Source: Propionibacteriaceae bacterium
GTDB taxonomy: Bacteria; Actinomycetota; Actinomycetes; Propionibacteriales; Propionibacteriaceae
DNA length: 51,651 nucleotides
Direction: 5' to 3'
Assembly (NCBI GenBank): GCA_020846255.1
Contig: JADLEH010000148.1
Coordinates: 1-51,651, forward strand
Shown piece after piece: positions 1-8,304 of this stretch (its first letter is position 1; every line of letters begins with the position of its first letter). Below the pieces are notes generated by a model. The model had not been told where the DNA came from, searched no databases, and was given only the letters and a program-made list of their open reading frames with translations. The translations under genes were made by a program, and so were the position numbers.

Positions 1-95
1 GCCTTGCGCAGGCTCGCCTCGATGTTGGCAGCGGTCTCCTCGGTCTCCACCGTCAGCTCACGGGCCACGTGCTGAATGCCGATCTTGATCTCCAC
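1..95 (-). CDS. DUF3107 family protein (5' part; runs off the window edge)
   Basis: Not in the ORF track. Manual translation from GTG at 95 gives MEIKIGIQHVARELTVETEETAANIEASLRK..., the typical DUF3107 N-terminus. SD GAGGAG at 101-106; TAGATT -10 upstream. Confidence 0.8.
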   Translation of the reverse strand, partial: MEIKIGIQHVARELTVETEETAANIEASLRK

Positions 96-181
96 CGGTT
101 CTCCTCGTTGCTGGACGCCGTGGCCAATCTACCTGCGGCCGACGCCAGGTCCGGCACCCGTACGCCCACAGCGCAACTGGC

Positions 182-1096
182 TCAGGCGAAGGCTTCCTTC
201 TCGTCGTCGGTGGCGCGCCGGATGACGATCCGGGTCCAGGCCCCGACGTAGATCCGCTGGCCGGGGTTCACTTCCACCCGTCCCTGCGGGATCGGCATCG
301 CCGGCAGCGGACCGGAAACGGCGCCGACGAAGGTGCCGTTGGCCGAGTCGAGGTCCTCGATCCACCACCTGGTGCCATCGGTGGTGAGCATCGCGTGGCG
401 ACGGCTGCAGCCGGTGTCGAGATCACAGTCGACGTCGGGGAAGATGCCCCGGCTGTGCGAGACCCGGCCGATGAGGTTGGTCTCCTTCACCAGCGGGACG
501 ATGTCCGGGAGCGACGGGGACGGCATCGGGTCCGACGAGCCCTGCGCGGTGTACCAGTCGGGGTCGATCCACAGCTCGGCCACCCATTCGACGACCGGAC
601 GCTGGCGTGACGCCGGCGGGGCGGGCAGGACGGGGGAGTCGAGGACCGGACCAGCGGCCGGTGCGGGCTGGACCGGTGCGGCCTCCGGAGCCACCGGCGA
701 GACCGCACTCCCGGGTTGCAGGCCTGGCGCGTCGACCGGGTCGCCGGTGACCGGCTCGGGTGCAGCGGGCTCTGCTGCAGGTTCCGGGTCGGTAGCCGCG
801 GTCTCGGCCGGTGCCGGTGCCTCGCTGACCGGTGCCGCCGCCGGGGTGGGTCCGGGGGCCGGGACCGCCTCGGGCAGGCTGCCGGTGGTGAAGTCGTATC
901 CGCAGGCCTCGCAGAACAGCGCGTCGGCGACGTTCGGGGTCTGGCAGTTCGGGCAGACCACCGGCTGGGCCGCAACCGGGGTGGGGGGTTCGGGGGCAGC
1001 GGCCACCGCGGCCGGCGCCTGGGCAGGGACCGGGAGCCCGCAGATGTCGCAGAAGTCACTCTGGCTGGTCTGGTGCCCGGCCGGACAGATCGCCAT
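182..1096 (-). CDS. FHA-domain protein with N-terminal zinc ribbons and Pro/Ala-rich linker
   Basis: Start MAICPAGH 1 nt after the vWA stop. CPAGH..CDIC and CPNC..CEAC knuckles; FHA signatures IGR, SRRHA, DLDSANGTFV. Confidence 0.9.
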   Translation of the reverse strand: MAICPAGHQTSQSDFCDICGLPVPAQAPAAVAAAPEPPTPVAAQPVVCPNCQTPNVADALFCEACGYDFTTGSLPEAVPAPGPTPAAAPVSEAPAPAETAATDPEPAAEPAAPEPVTGDPVDAPGLQPGSAVSPVAPEAAPVQPAPAAGPVLDSPVLPAPPASRQRPVVEWVAELWIDPDWYTAQGSSDPMPSPSLPDIVPLVKETNLIGRVSHSRGIFPDVDCDLDTGCSRRHAMLTTDGTRWWIEDLDSANGTFVGAVSGPLPAMPIPQGRVEVNPGQRIYVGAWTRIVIRRATDDEKEAFA

Positions 1097-1097
1097 G

Positions 1098-2378
1098 TCA
1101 GCCCCTGATTCGTGTCGTCTTCGTTGAGGCGGTGTCCAGGGCCATCTCGTCGACCTTGTCCACTGCCTTCTTGAGTCGAACGGTACCCGTCCTCGCGTCG
1201 GTGATGTCGACGACCTTCCGCAACTTCGAGGTGGCCTCGGCATTGCCGCTCTCGGTGGCGAGCTGAACGGCACGACCCAGCTTGGTCGTTGCGGTCGCCT
1301 CGTCCCCGACGGCCTTCGCGGCCAGGCCCTCCTGGATCACCTGGGCCAGTTCGGCCTGCCCGGTGTAGTGGGCGACCTCAGGGTTGATCTGGGCGGTCAG
1401 GTTCATGTCGGCCGACCATTTGGCCTTCACCAGACCCTGCGTGAGCAGGTCGGGGCCGACAGCGAGCTGCACCCGGGCGGCCAGCTGCTCCTGGCCGACG
1501 GTCTTGGCCGCCAGCCGGACCGCGATGTGGTAGTCGCGCTCCTCGTCGCCCCAGGACCCGGTCGGGTAGCTCATGGTCAGCTGGTTCACCGGGGTGCCGC
1601 GGTGGGTGAGGTCCTCGACGGTCGGTGAGACCTGCCGGATGAACAGCACCTGGGCGCCCTGGGGGATCCACACCCGGAGGTCGGCGTTCGCCACGCCGCG
1701 GGCCATCGAGTTGCGCATCAGCTCGGCGAAGACGGCGCTCAGCCGGCTCGGGTCACCGATGATGTCGACGGTGCCGAGCATGGCCTGGGCGATCTTGCGG
1801 ATCTCGGCGACCTTCCAGTCGACCCCGACCCCGCGGGCGTCGACCTGGAAGTCGCCGGCGCAGTTCGCGATGGCGGCGTCCAGCTGGGCCTGGGTCTCGT
1901 TGTGGTTCTCACCGTCGGTGAGCAGGATCACGTGCTTCTGGGCAAGGTTGGCGATGGAGCCGAACAGCGCCTTGCACAGGTTCAGCCAGGTGCCCATCGC
2001 GGTTCCGCCCTCGGCGCGGAAGAAGCTGATCGCCCGCCTTGCCTCGGCGCGGGTGCGGGCGTCCATGCGCACCATCCCGGCGCCGGTCTGCACCATCGGG
2101 TACGCCAGGTAGGCCTTGTGATTGCCCGCGACCACCGCGAAGTAGGTGCCGTCGAGGATGTTGTCGAGGGCGATCATGGCCGCCTGCTTGGCGGCGTTCA
2201 TGTTGGCGACGCCCATCGAGCCGGAGGTGTCCACGACCACGATCTCGCCGGCGTCACCGCTCCCGGTCCGTCCGGCGGCACCTGCGCCAGTGCAACGGAT
2301 CGTGACGATCGCGTTGACGTCCGTCCCGCCGTCCGGCAGGAACTCGTTCTGGTAGACGGCGGAGGTGAACTCAGCCAT
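1098..2378 (-). CDS. von Willebrand factor A (vWA) domain protein
   Basis: MIDAS DTSGS, GGT and LLTDGE motifs. Start MAEFTS follows an SD-like GGAG and overlaps the PP2C stop. Confidence 0.9.
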   Translation of the reverse strand: MAEFTSAVYQNEFLPDGGTDVNAIVTIRCTGAGAAGRTGSGDAGEIVVVDTSGSMGVANMNAAKQAAMIALDNILDGTYFAVVAGNHKAYLAYPMVQTGAGMVRMDARTRAEARRAISFFRAEGGTAMGTWLNLCKALFGSIANLAQKHVILLTDGENHNETQAQLDAAIANCAGDFQVDARGVGVDWKVAEIRKIAQAMLGTVDIIGDPSRLSAVFAELMRNSMARGVANADLRVWIPQGAQVLFIRQVSPTVEDLTHRGTPVNQLTMSYPTGSWGDEERDYHIAVRLAAKTVGQEQLAARVQLAVGPDLLTQGLVKAKWSADMNLTAQINPEVAHYTGQAELAQVIQEGLAAKAVGDEATATTKLGRAVQLATESGNAEATSKLRKVVDITDARTGTVRLKKAVDKVDEMALDTASTKTTRIRG

Positions 2379-3600
2379 GCTCTGCGGACTCCTTCTCTTG
2401 GTCGCTGGGGGCCGTGACCAGACTAGCGACCACATTTCCAGCTGCGTTACCCGTCGCCTCGCCAACCCTGGCCAGCGCCACCGTGATGTTGTCGTGGCCA
2501 CCCTGCTCGTTGGCCCACACGACCAGCCGGCGGGCGATCTCGACTGGCTCGCTCGTGCCGGTGGCCGCAGCCGCGACCCGGGCGGCGAGCTCCTCCGGCG
2601 GGGAGGCGTAGTTCCAGAGCCCGTCGGAGCAGACCACCAGCCAGCCGGGACCGGGCACCTGGCGGACGCCCGTGCGTGGCACGGTGTCGACGGCGTCGCG
2701 GCCCAGCCACTTGGTGATGGCGTGGGCCCGGGGCAGGGCTTCAGCCTCGGCCCGCGGCATGCCTTCGGCGATGAACGCCTGGGCCAGCGAGTCGTCCTCG
2801 CTGAGCAGGGTGCGCTCGGCCTCGCAGAGCAGGTAGACCCGCGAGTCGCCGAGGTTGGCGAAGTGCACCCGGTCGCCGATCACGACGGCCGCGGCAAAGG
2901 TGGCAGAGGCGGCGTTCGTCGAGTCCGGGGCAGTTGTGGCCACCACTGCCTGGTTCGCCTCCGCGGTCGCCGTGACCAGTGCCCGGGCGATCGCGGCATC
3001 GCGGCTCTCGGCTCCGGCCACGCCGTCGGAACCCAGCGAGACCAGCACGTCGCGGGCCTTCTCAGCCGCGGCGAGGGCTGCGACATCGGAGTCGATACTG
3101 GTCGAGACCCCGTCGCAGACCACCAGCACCGCACGGTCGCCCTCGGCCCACAGTGCCATGGCGTCCTCGTTGCGGTGGTGCTGACGACCCTTGTCGCAGA
3201 CGCCGCCGACCCAGGGGGCCGGTGCGGAGCTGAAGTGGTCGCGCGGGCCCGGCGCCTTCGCGCCACAGGTCTGGCAGTAGCCGTCGGCACCGACCGTGCC
3301 GCCGCAGGAGGGGCAGTCGGCCAGCTGGCTGACGCGAACCCCGAGCCGCCGGGTCTGGGTCGAGGGTCCATCGGCTGCCGGCGCTGGGGCCGGGGCGGGC
3401 GCGGTCGGTACCAGTGGGTGCCCGCAGGCTTCGCAGAACCAGGCGGTCGGGTCGGTGGCCCGGCCACAGTTCGGGCATGAGGGGCCTTCGGGCGGCGCCT
3501 GCGGTGCCGGCTGCGCGGCTGCTGGGGGTTGCTGCCCCGGCCGGTCCTCGGTGCCGGTCGGCTCCGCAGCCTCTGGCCACAGCGGCCACTCGCCGGTCAC
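2371..3600 (-). CDS. PP2C-family Ser/Thr phosphatase with two N-terminal zinc ribbons
   Basis: RNED, VCDGVS, NLGDSRVY, CSDGLW and GGHDNIT motifs; CPNC..CEAC and CPSC..CQTC knuckles. Confidence 0.92.
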   Translation of the reverse strand: MTGEWPLWPEAAEPTGTEDRPGQQPPAAAQPAPQAPPEGPSCPNCGRATDPTAWFCEACGHPLVPTAPAPAPAPAADGPSTQTRRLGVRVSQLADCPSCGGTVGADGYCQTCGAKAPGPRDHFSSAPAPWVGGVCDKGRQHHRNEDAMALWAEGDRAVLVVCDGVSTSIDSDVAALAAAEKARDVLVSLGSDGVAGAESRDAAIARALVTATAEANQAVVATTAPDSTNAASATFAAAVVIGDRVHFANLGDSRVYLLCEAERTLLSEDDSLAQAFIAEGMPRAEAEALPRAHAITKWLGRDAVDTVPRTGVRQVPGPGWLVVCSDGLWNYASPPEELAARVAAAATGTSEPVEIARRLVVWANEQGGHDNITVALARVGEATGNAAGNVVASLVTAPSDQEKESAEHG

Positions 3601-5897
3601 AGCAGGCTCCAGGGGCGGAGGGCGTTGGCGAGGTCGACATAGCCGGCCCGTACCCCCTGGTCCTCGGTGAGCCGGGCCAGCTCCAGGTAGCCGGCCACGA
3701 GGAGATCCCGGATCATCGACTCGGTCATCGTCTGGCCGGACAGCGGCACGGTCCCGCCGTTGGCCCTGGCGAGGGCCCGCTGGTAGAGCACGACCCGGTA
3801 CTCGGCCTCGGTGCGGGGGTCGAGCCGGGCCTGGCCGACCGCCTTGAACGCCTCGGTCATGCCGGCGGGGTCGACCGCGAGGTTGACCAGGTGCCTTGCG
3901 CGCAGCCGCTGGGACTCCGGATAGCCGCGCGAGGTGCTCGGCACCAGTTCGAGTGCTGCCAGCGAGCCGGGCAGATCGTTGCGGGCAGCCCGCACCCTTG
4001 CCAGCCCGAAGGCTGCCGGGGTCACGTAGGAGGCATCGGTCGCTGCGCAGGTTCGGTAGAGGTTCTCGGCGATGTCGAGTTCCCCACCGAGCTCGCAGGC
4101 CAGGGCGAGGGCCAGCTTCGGCGCCAGTTCACCTGGCACCTGTCCGTAGACGGCGTTGAAGGAGCTCTGCGCCGTGGCGTAGTCCTTCTCCTGGAGCGCG
4201 TTCAGCCCGGCCAGCCAGACTGCCCGCCACTCCCAGGGGTCCTTCAGCAGCAGCTTCCGGACGCAGTCGTCGACCAGTTTCGGATTGTTCGCCTCCAGGG
4301 CCGCGTCCCCGCGCGCCAGCAGGACCTGCGGGGACTCACCCGGCGGGGCTGACAGGGCGGCCAGCCGCTGGACGGGATCCTCGGTGCTGACCCTGGCCAG
4401 CCAGCCGGCCTGGGGATCGGAGGCGTCCGGGCGCAGCCGGGGGAGCTGCCGCATCCCGTAGCGCTCGGTCGCAACCGTCGGGGCCTCGAACAGGACCGAG
4501 GACGCTGCCGTGGTCGCCACGCCCGGGTTGGCCGTCGCCACCACCTCCCGCAGCACGCCGAGCATCTGCAGCCGGAGCTCCTCGGCAGAGGTGAACCGGT
4601 CGTTGGGGTCGGTGGCGCAGCACTTCAGCAGCAGCCGGTACAGCGAGTCGTGCTCGGCCAGCGCCGGAATGTCCTCGGCCGGCGGGATGCGGAACTCGTA
4701 CTCGGACTGGTAGCCGACCACCTCGGCGCAGAGCACCAGCAGGGTCCGCCCGACGGTGAAGATGTCCGAGGCGATGGAGGGTCCGAGAGTCGCCACTTCC
4801 GGTGCCTGGTAGCCGACGGTGCCGTAGATCGCGGAATCCTCGTCACCGATGTGCCGGACGCCGCCGAGGTCGATCAGCTTCAGGGAGTCGCCGACCTGGA
4901 TGACGTTGTCCGGCTTGAAGTCGCAGTAGAGCAGGCCAAGCTCGTGCAAATAGCCGAGCGCCGGCAGGATCTCGATCAGGAACGCCAGGGCCTGGTCGAC
5001 CGGCAGCGGGTCGGCCTCGCCGTTGTTGGTGGTCATCCGTTGCTTCAGCAACTGCTTCAGGGAGCGGCCGCCGACGTACTCCATCACGATGTACCCGGCG
5101 TCGTCGTGGGTGACGAAGTTGTAGATCTCGACGATCAGGGGGTGCTCCACCCTGGCGAGGAACCGCTGCTCGCCGATCGTCGCGGCCAGCGCGTCGGCGT
5201 CGCCGGTGTTCAGCAGGCCCTTCAGCACCACCCACCGGCCGGAGACGTTGCGGTCCTTGGCGAGGTAGATCCAGCCCATGCCGCCGTGGGCGAGCGCCCC
5301 GACGACCTCGTACTGTCCGGCGACCACGTCACCGGGCTTCAGCTTCACCGTGAACGAGTAGAGCGCGCCGCAAGCGGGGCAGAACCCCTCGGAGCGGGAG
5401 GCGACGTTCTCGGCACCCTGGCCGACCTTCGCACCGCAACGCGGGCACACCCGGGCGTCCAGCGGCACCTCCGGGTTGGCCAGGACGGCCTTGCCGGCGT
5501 CGATCGCCGGGGCCGGCGGTACCCGGGTGAGCCCGGCGCCGATCCTGGCAGTGGTGAGTCGTTCGGTGCTGCTGTGTCGCTTCGGCCGGCCCCCGAATGA
5601 CGACGCCCGCGCCGAACCCAGCGCGGTCGAGCCGAGGTGCACCGATGTCCTGGTGCGGGTGGTGGCCGGCCCGGACGGGATCACCGCGACCACGTCGGGA
5701 GACCCGCAGACGTCGCAGTAGCCGTCGATGATCCGGCCGCTGCAGCCCGGCTGGCGACACGGTCCGGTGGCCCGGGTGGACGGCCGGATCCCGGGCTGGG
5801 CACGGCCGACCTGGGCCGGAGCGACTCCGGGCATGCCGCAGACGTCGCAGTAGCCGTCGATGATGGTGCCGGTGCAGCCCGGCTGGCGGCACTTCAT
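3597..5897 (-). CDS. pknG: PknG-like soluble Ser/Thr kinase (duplicated Cys module, rubredoxin-like domain, kinase, TPR tail)
   Basis: LAHGGMGWIY, VVLKGLL, non-RD YCDFKPDN, IDLGG, GTVGYQAPE; CPRC..CPAC rubredoxin knuckles; TPR-like C-terminus; no TM segment. Confidence 0.9.
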   Translation of the reverse strand: MKCRQPGCTGTIIDGYCDVCGMPGVAPAQVGRAQPGIRPSTRATGPCRQPGCSGRIIDGYCDVCGSPDVVAVIPSGPATTRTRTSVHLGSTALGSARASSFGGRPKRHSSTERLTTARIGAGLTRVPPAPAIDAGKAVLANPEVPLDARVCPRCGAKVGQGAENVASRSEGFCPACGALYSFTVKLKPGDVVAGQYEVVGALAHGGMGWIYLAKDRNVSGRWVVLKGLLNTGDADALAATIGEQRFLARVEHPLIVEIYNFVTHDDAGYIVMEYVGGRSLKQLLKQRMTTNNGEADPLPVDQALAFLIEILPALGYLHELGLLYCDFKPDNVIQVGDSLKLIDLGGVRHIGDEDSAIYGTVGYQAPEVATLGPSIASDIFTVGRTLLVLCAEVVGYQSEYEFRIPPAEDIPALAEHDSLYRLLLKCCATDPNDRFTSAEELRLQMLGVLREVVATANPGVATTAASSVLFEAPTVATERYGMRQLPRLRPDASDPQAGWLARVSTEDPVQRLAALSAPPGESPQVLLARGDAALEANNPKLVDDCVRKLLLKDPWEWRAVWLAGLNALQEKDYATAQSSFNAVYGQVPGELAPKLALALACELGGELDIAENLYRTCAATDASYVTPAAFGLARVRAARNDLPGSLAALELVPSTSRGYPESQRLRARHLVNLAVDPAGMTEAFKAVGQARLDPRTEAEYRVVLYQRALARANGGTVPLSGQTMTESMIRDLLVAGYLELARLTEDQGVRAGYVDLANALRPWSLL
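5703..5891 (-). repeat. Two 57-bp direct repeats encoding CRQPGC(T/S)G(T/R)IIDGYCDVCG
   Basis: Near-identical copies at 5835-5891 and 5703-5759, at both DNA and protein level. Confidence 0.9.
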
Positions 5898-7021
5898 GCC
5901 TGCCTCCTGGCGAGGAAGTCCAGTTGGGCGGTGTAGGCCTGCAACAGCTGGTGCACCACCGGGACCACGACCGGCCGGTCGGCCAGCCGGCGTCCGATCA
6001 GGGCGGCGAGCTCGGTGAGGGCCGGCTGGGCACCGTGCCCCAGTCCGGCCGCCTTCGCCTGCAGGGCCCCGGCGAGCGCTGCGGCGGCGTCGCGTTCGGC
6101 CAGGGCGCGGGAGAGTTCCGCCTGGGCCTGGTTCAGCTGGGCGTCCACCCTGGCGAGTCCCTCGACGAACCCGACGAGGGCGGTGCGGGTGTTCGGCACC
6201 GGCCCGAGCCCGGCGACGCTCGGCAGGGCGCCCTCCGGGGTGGGCCAGACGGCTGTGGCGGCCTGGCCGGCCAGCGTCCTCACGGCCTGCTCACGGGCCG
6301 ACACCTCGGCCAGCTGCTCCCGCGCCCGAACCAGCAGGTCCCGTGCTTCCCTGCGCTGGGCCGCGCCGACGATCAGGTCCCGCTCCAGTCGGGCTGCCTC
6401 GATCTCGAGGGACCCGAGCAGGCCGCCGATGTCACCGCCGCGGCCGCGCTTGTCCGCGAGCTGGTCGGTGCGGGCAGCAAGGGCGGCCAGCTTGCCGTTG
6501 GCTGCCGGGGCCAGCGCCGGCGGTTCCAGCTTCGCCTGGTCCCGGATGCGTTCCAGCTGGGCGCGGAGGTCCCGGAGCCGGATCTGCTGCTGCTCGGCGT
6601 TGGGATCGGTGTTCAGCCGTGTCCGCAGCTGCGCGACGAGGGCGTCGCAGAGCCGGCCCGCCTCCGGCAGGGAGACGGCCATCGACTGCAGCTGGGCGAG
6701 CTGGGCGCCGGCGGTGTCCAGGCGACCCCAGATCAGGGCGGAGAGGCGCTCGAGTTCCTGCTGGCCGACGCGACCGGAGTCCCAGGTGGCCAGCAGCAGG
6801 TTCTGCCGGGTCTTGGCCGCCTGCCAAAGGGCCAGCGCGAGCGCCATGTCCGAGGTGAGTTCGGCCTGCCGTCCAGAACTGATGATCTGCTCGTCGAGGG
6901 AATCGAGCTCTGCCCGGCGTTCAGCCAGCCAGCGGTCGAGTCGACCGAGATAGGCCAGCAGGTCCTGGGGGCGGGCAGCCACCCCGAGCTGGCCGGGGGC
7001 TGCCGGCGCACTGGTGGTCAT
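5894..7021 (-). CDS. Conserved hypothetical alpha-helical/coiled-coil protein
   Basis: ATGA overlaps with both neighbours; Leu/Ala/Gln/Arg-rich heptad-like sequence; no catalytic motif seen. Confidence 0.8.
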   Translation of the reverse strand: MTTSAPAAPGQLGVAARPQDLLAYLGRLDRWLAERRAELDSLDEQIISSGRQAELTSDMALALALWQAAKTRQNLLLATWDSGRVGQQELERLSALIWGRLDTAGAQLAQLQSMAVSLPEAGRLCDALVAQLRTRLNTDPNAEQQQIRLRDLRAQLERIRDQAKLEPPALAPAANGKLAALAARTDQLADKRGRGGDIGGLLGSLEIEAARLERDLIVGAAQRREARDLLVRAREQLAEVSAREQAVRTLAGQAATAVWPTPEGALPSVAGLGPVPNTRTALVGFVEGLARVDAQLNQAQAELSRALAERDAAAALAGALQAKAAGLGHGAQPALTELAALIGRRLADRPVVVPVVHQLLQAYTAQLDFLARRQA

Positions 7022-8304
7022 CGGTACTCCTGCAATCGCTGTTCCATCCCGGCCACGGCGAGCGCTGCACCGAAGAGGGCAGCGAGCACTGCTGCAGCCA
7101 GCTGCCACATCAGGGTGTCCCGCATCTCGTCCGGGCGCCCGGCCGCTGCCACGACGGCCTCGGTCCTCGCCCGCGAGACGGCGTCGTCGAAACTCTTGGC
7201 GGTTCCGGCCAGGCCCTCCTCGCCGTCGGCGAGGACCAGCCCGGCTGCCCCGCTCCAGTCACCCTTCGCCATCAGGGCGGCCAGCTTGTTCTGCGCCGAC
7301 TTGAAGTCGGCGAGGATCCGGTCACCGGAAGGCAGGTCGGTGCCCCCGGCGGCCTTCACCGCCGCGTCGACAGCCGAGGCGTCGCCCTGCGTCCAGCTCC
7401 GCACCAGGACGGCGTGGGCGTGGATGCGCTGAGCCGTCCCGAGCTGGTTCGCAGCATCGGTGAGGTCGACGACCCGGGCGAACTGGGTGTTCCGGCTGTC
7501 GGTCGAGGCTGCAGCGGCGGCCTGCTGGGCCGCGACCGTGACCCAGAGGATCGCCAGCGCTGCGACCACGGCCCCGACGAGGCCGAGGTTCAGCACCCGG
7601 CGGGTGCGGTGGGCGACCACCCAGCTGATCCACCCAAGGAAGCCGACCGTGAGCACGGCCAGCAGGGGGACGAAGAACTCCGACTCGGTCCAGGAGCGGG
7701 CCGCTGCCTCCTCGCTCAGCCCGGTCTGGAGCGCGGCGAGGGCGGGCAGGAGCTGCTTGTCGAGCTGGGTGTCGGCGCGGTCGAGCAGCGCCTTCGCCGT
7801 CTTCGCGTCGCGGCCGTCGGCCGCCCGCAGAAGCTGGCCGTAGCCGACCAGGTGGCCGCTGATGGCGGCGACGGCCTCGGTGTCCTGCGGCCGCGCCGTG
7901 GCTGCTGCGACGAGCAGGCCGGCGGCCTGGTTGAGCCGCGCTCCGGCAGCTTCGGCCCGGTCGGTCATGCCGCCGTCGCCCTCGATCACACCAACGGCTG
8001 CAAGGGCGTTGGCCTCCAGCAGGCGGTTCTGCACCTCACCGAGCCGGGCGTACTGCGCCGACACCTCCGGGGCGGAGGCCAGGTCGGTGCGCAGCTCGGA
8101 GATGACCCAGGTGCCCAGGCCGCCGAGCAGCAGCAGCGCGATGGCAGCAGCCGCCTGCAGCCTTCGCAGCAACCGGGGCGTGCGGCTGGGAGCGGGCGGC
8201 ACGAACTCCGGCTGGGCAGCGACGCCGGCTGCCGGCGTGGTGGCCATGGTGCCAGCGGCGACCGCCGTCTGCGACGGCTGGACGCTCGTGGAGGTGGAGG
8301 TCAC
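7018..8304 (-). CDS. GlnX-like four-TM membrane sensor
   Basis: GTG start overlaps the AAA stop. Four hydrophobic segments separated by two helical extracytoplasmic regions; RTRRVLNLGL loop and C-terminal G..RLQEYR resemble actinobacterial GlnX. Confidence 0.75.
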   Translation of the reverse strand: MTSTSTSVQPSQTAVAAGTMATTPAAGVAAQPEFVPPAPSRTPRLLRRLQAAAAIALLLLGGLGTWVISELRTDLASAPEVSAQYARLGEVQNRLLEANALAAVGVIEGDGGMTDRAEAAGARLNQAAGLLVAAATARPQDTEAVAAISGHLVGYGQLLRAADGRDAKTAKALLDRADTQLDKQLLPALAALQTGLSEEAAARSWTESEFFVPLLAVLTVGFLGWISWVVAHRTRRVLNLGLVGAVVAALAILWVTVAAQQAAAAASTDSRNTQFARVVDLTDAANQLGTAQRIHAHAVLVRSWTQGDASAVDAAVKAAGGTDLPSGDRILADFKSAQNKLAALMAKGDWSGAAGLVLADGEEGLAGTAKSFDDAVSRARTEAVVAAAGRPDEMRDTLMWQLAAAVLAALFGAALAVAGMEQRLQEYR

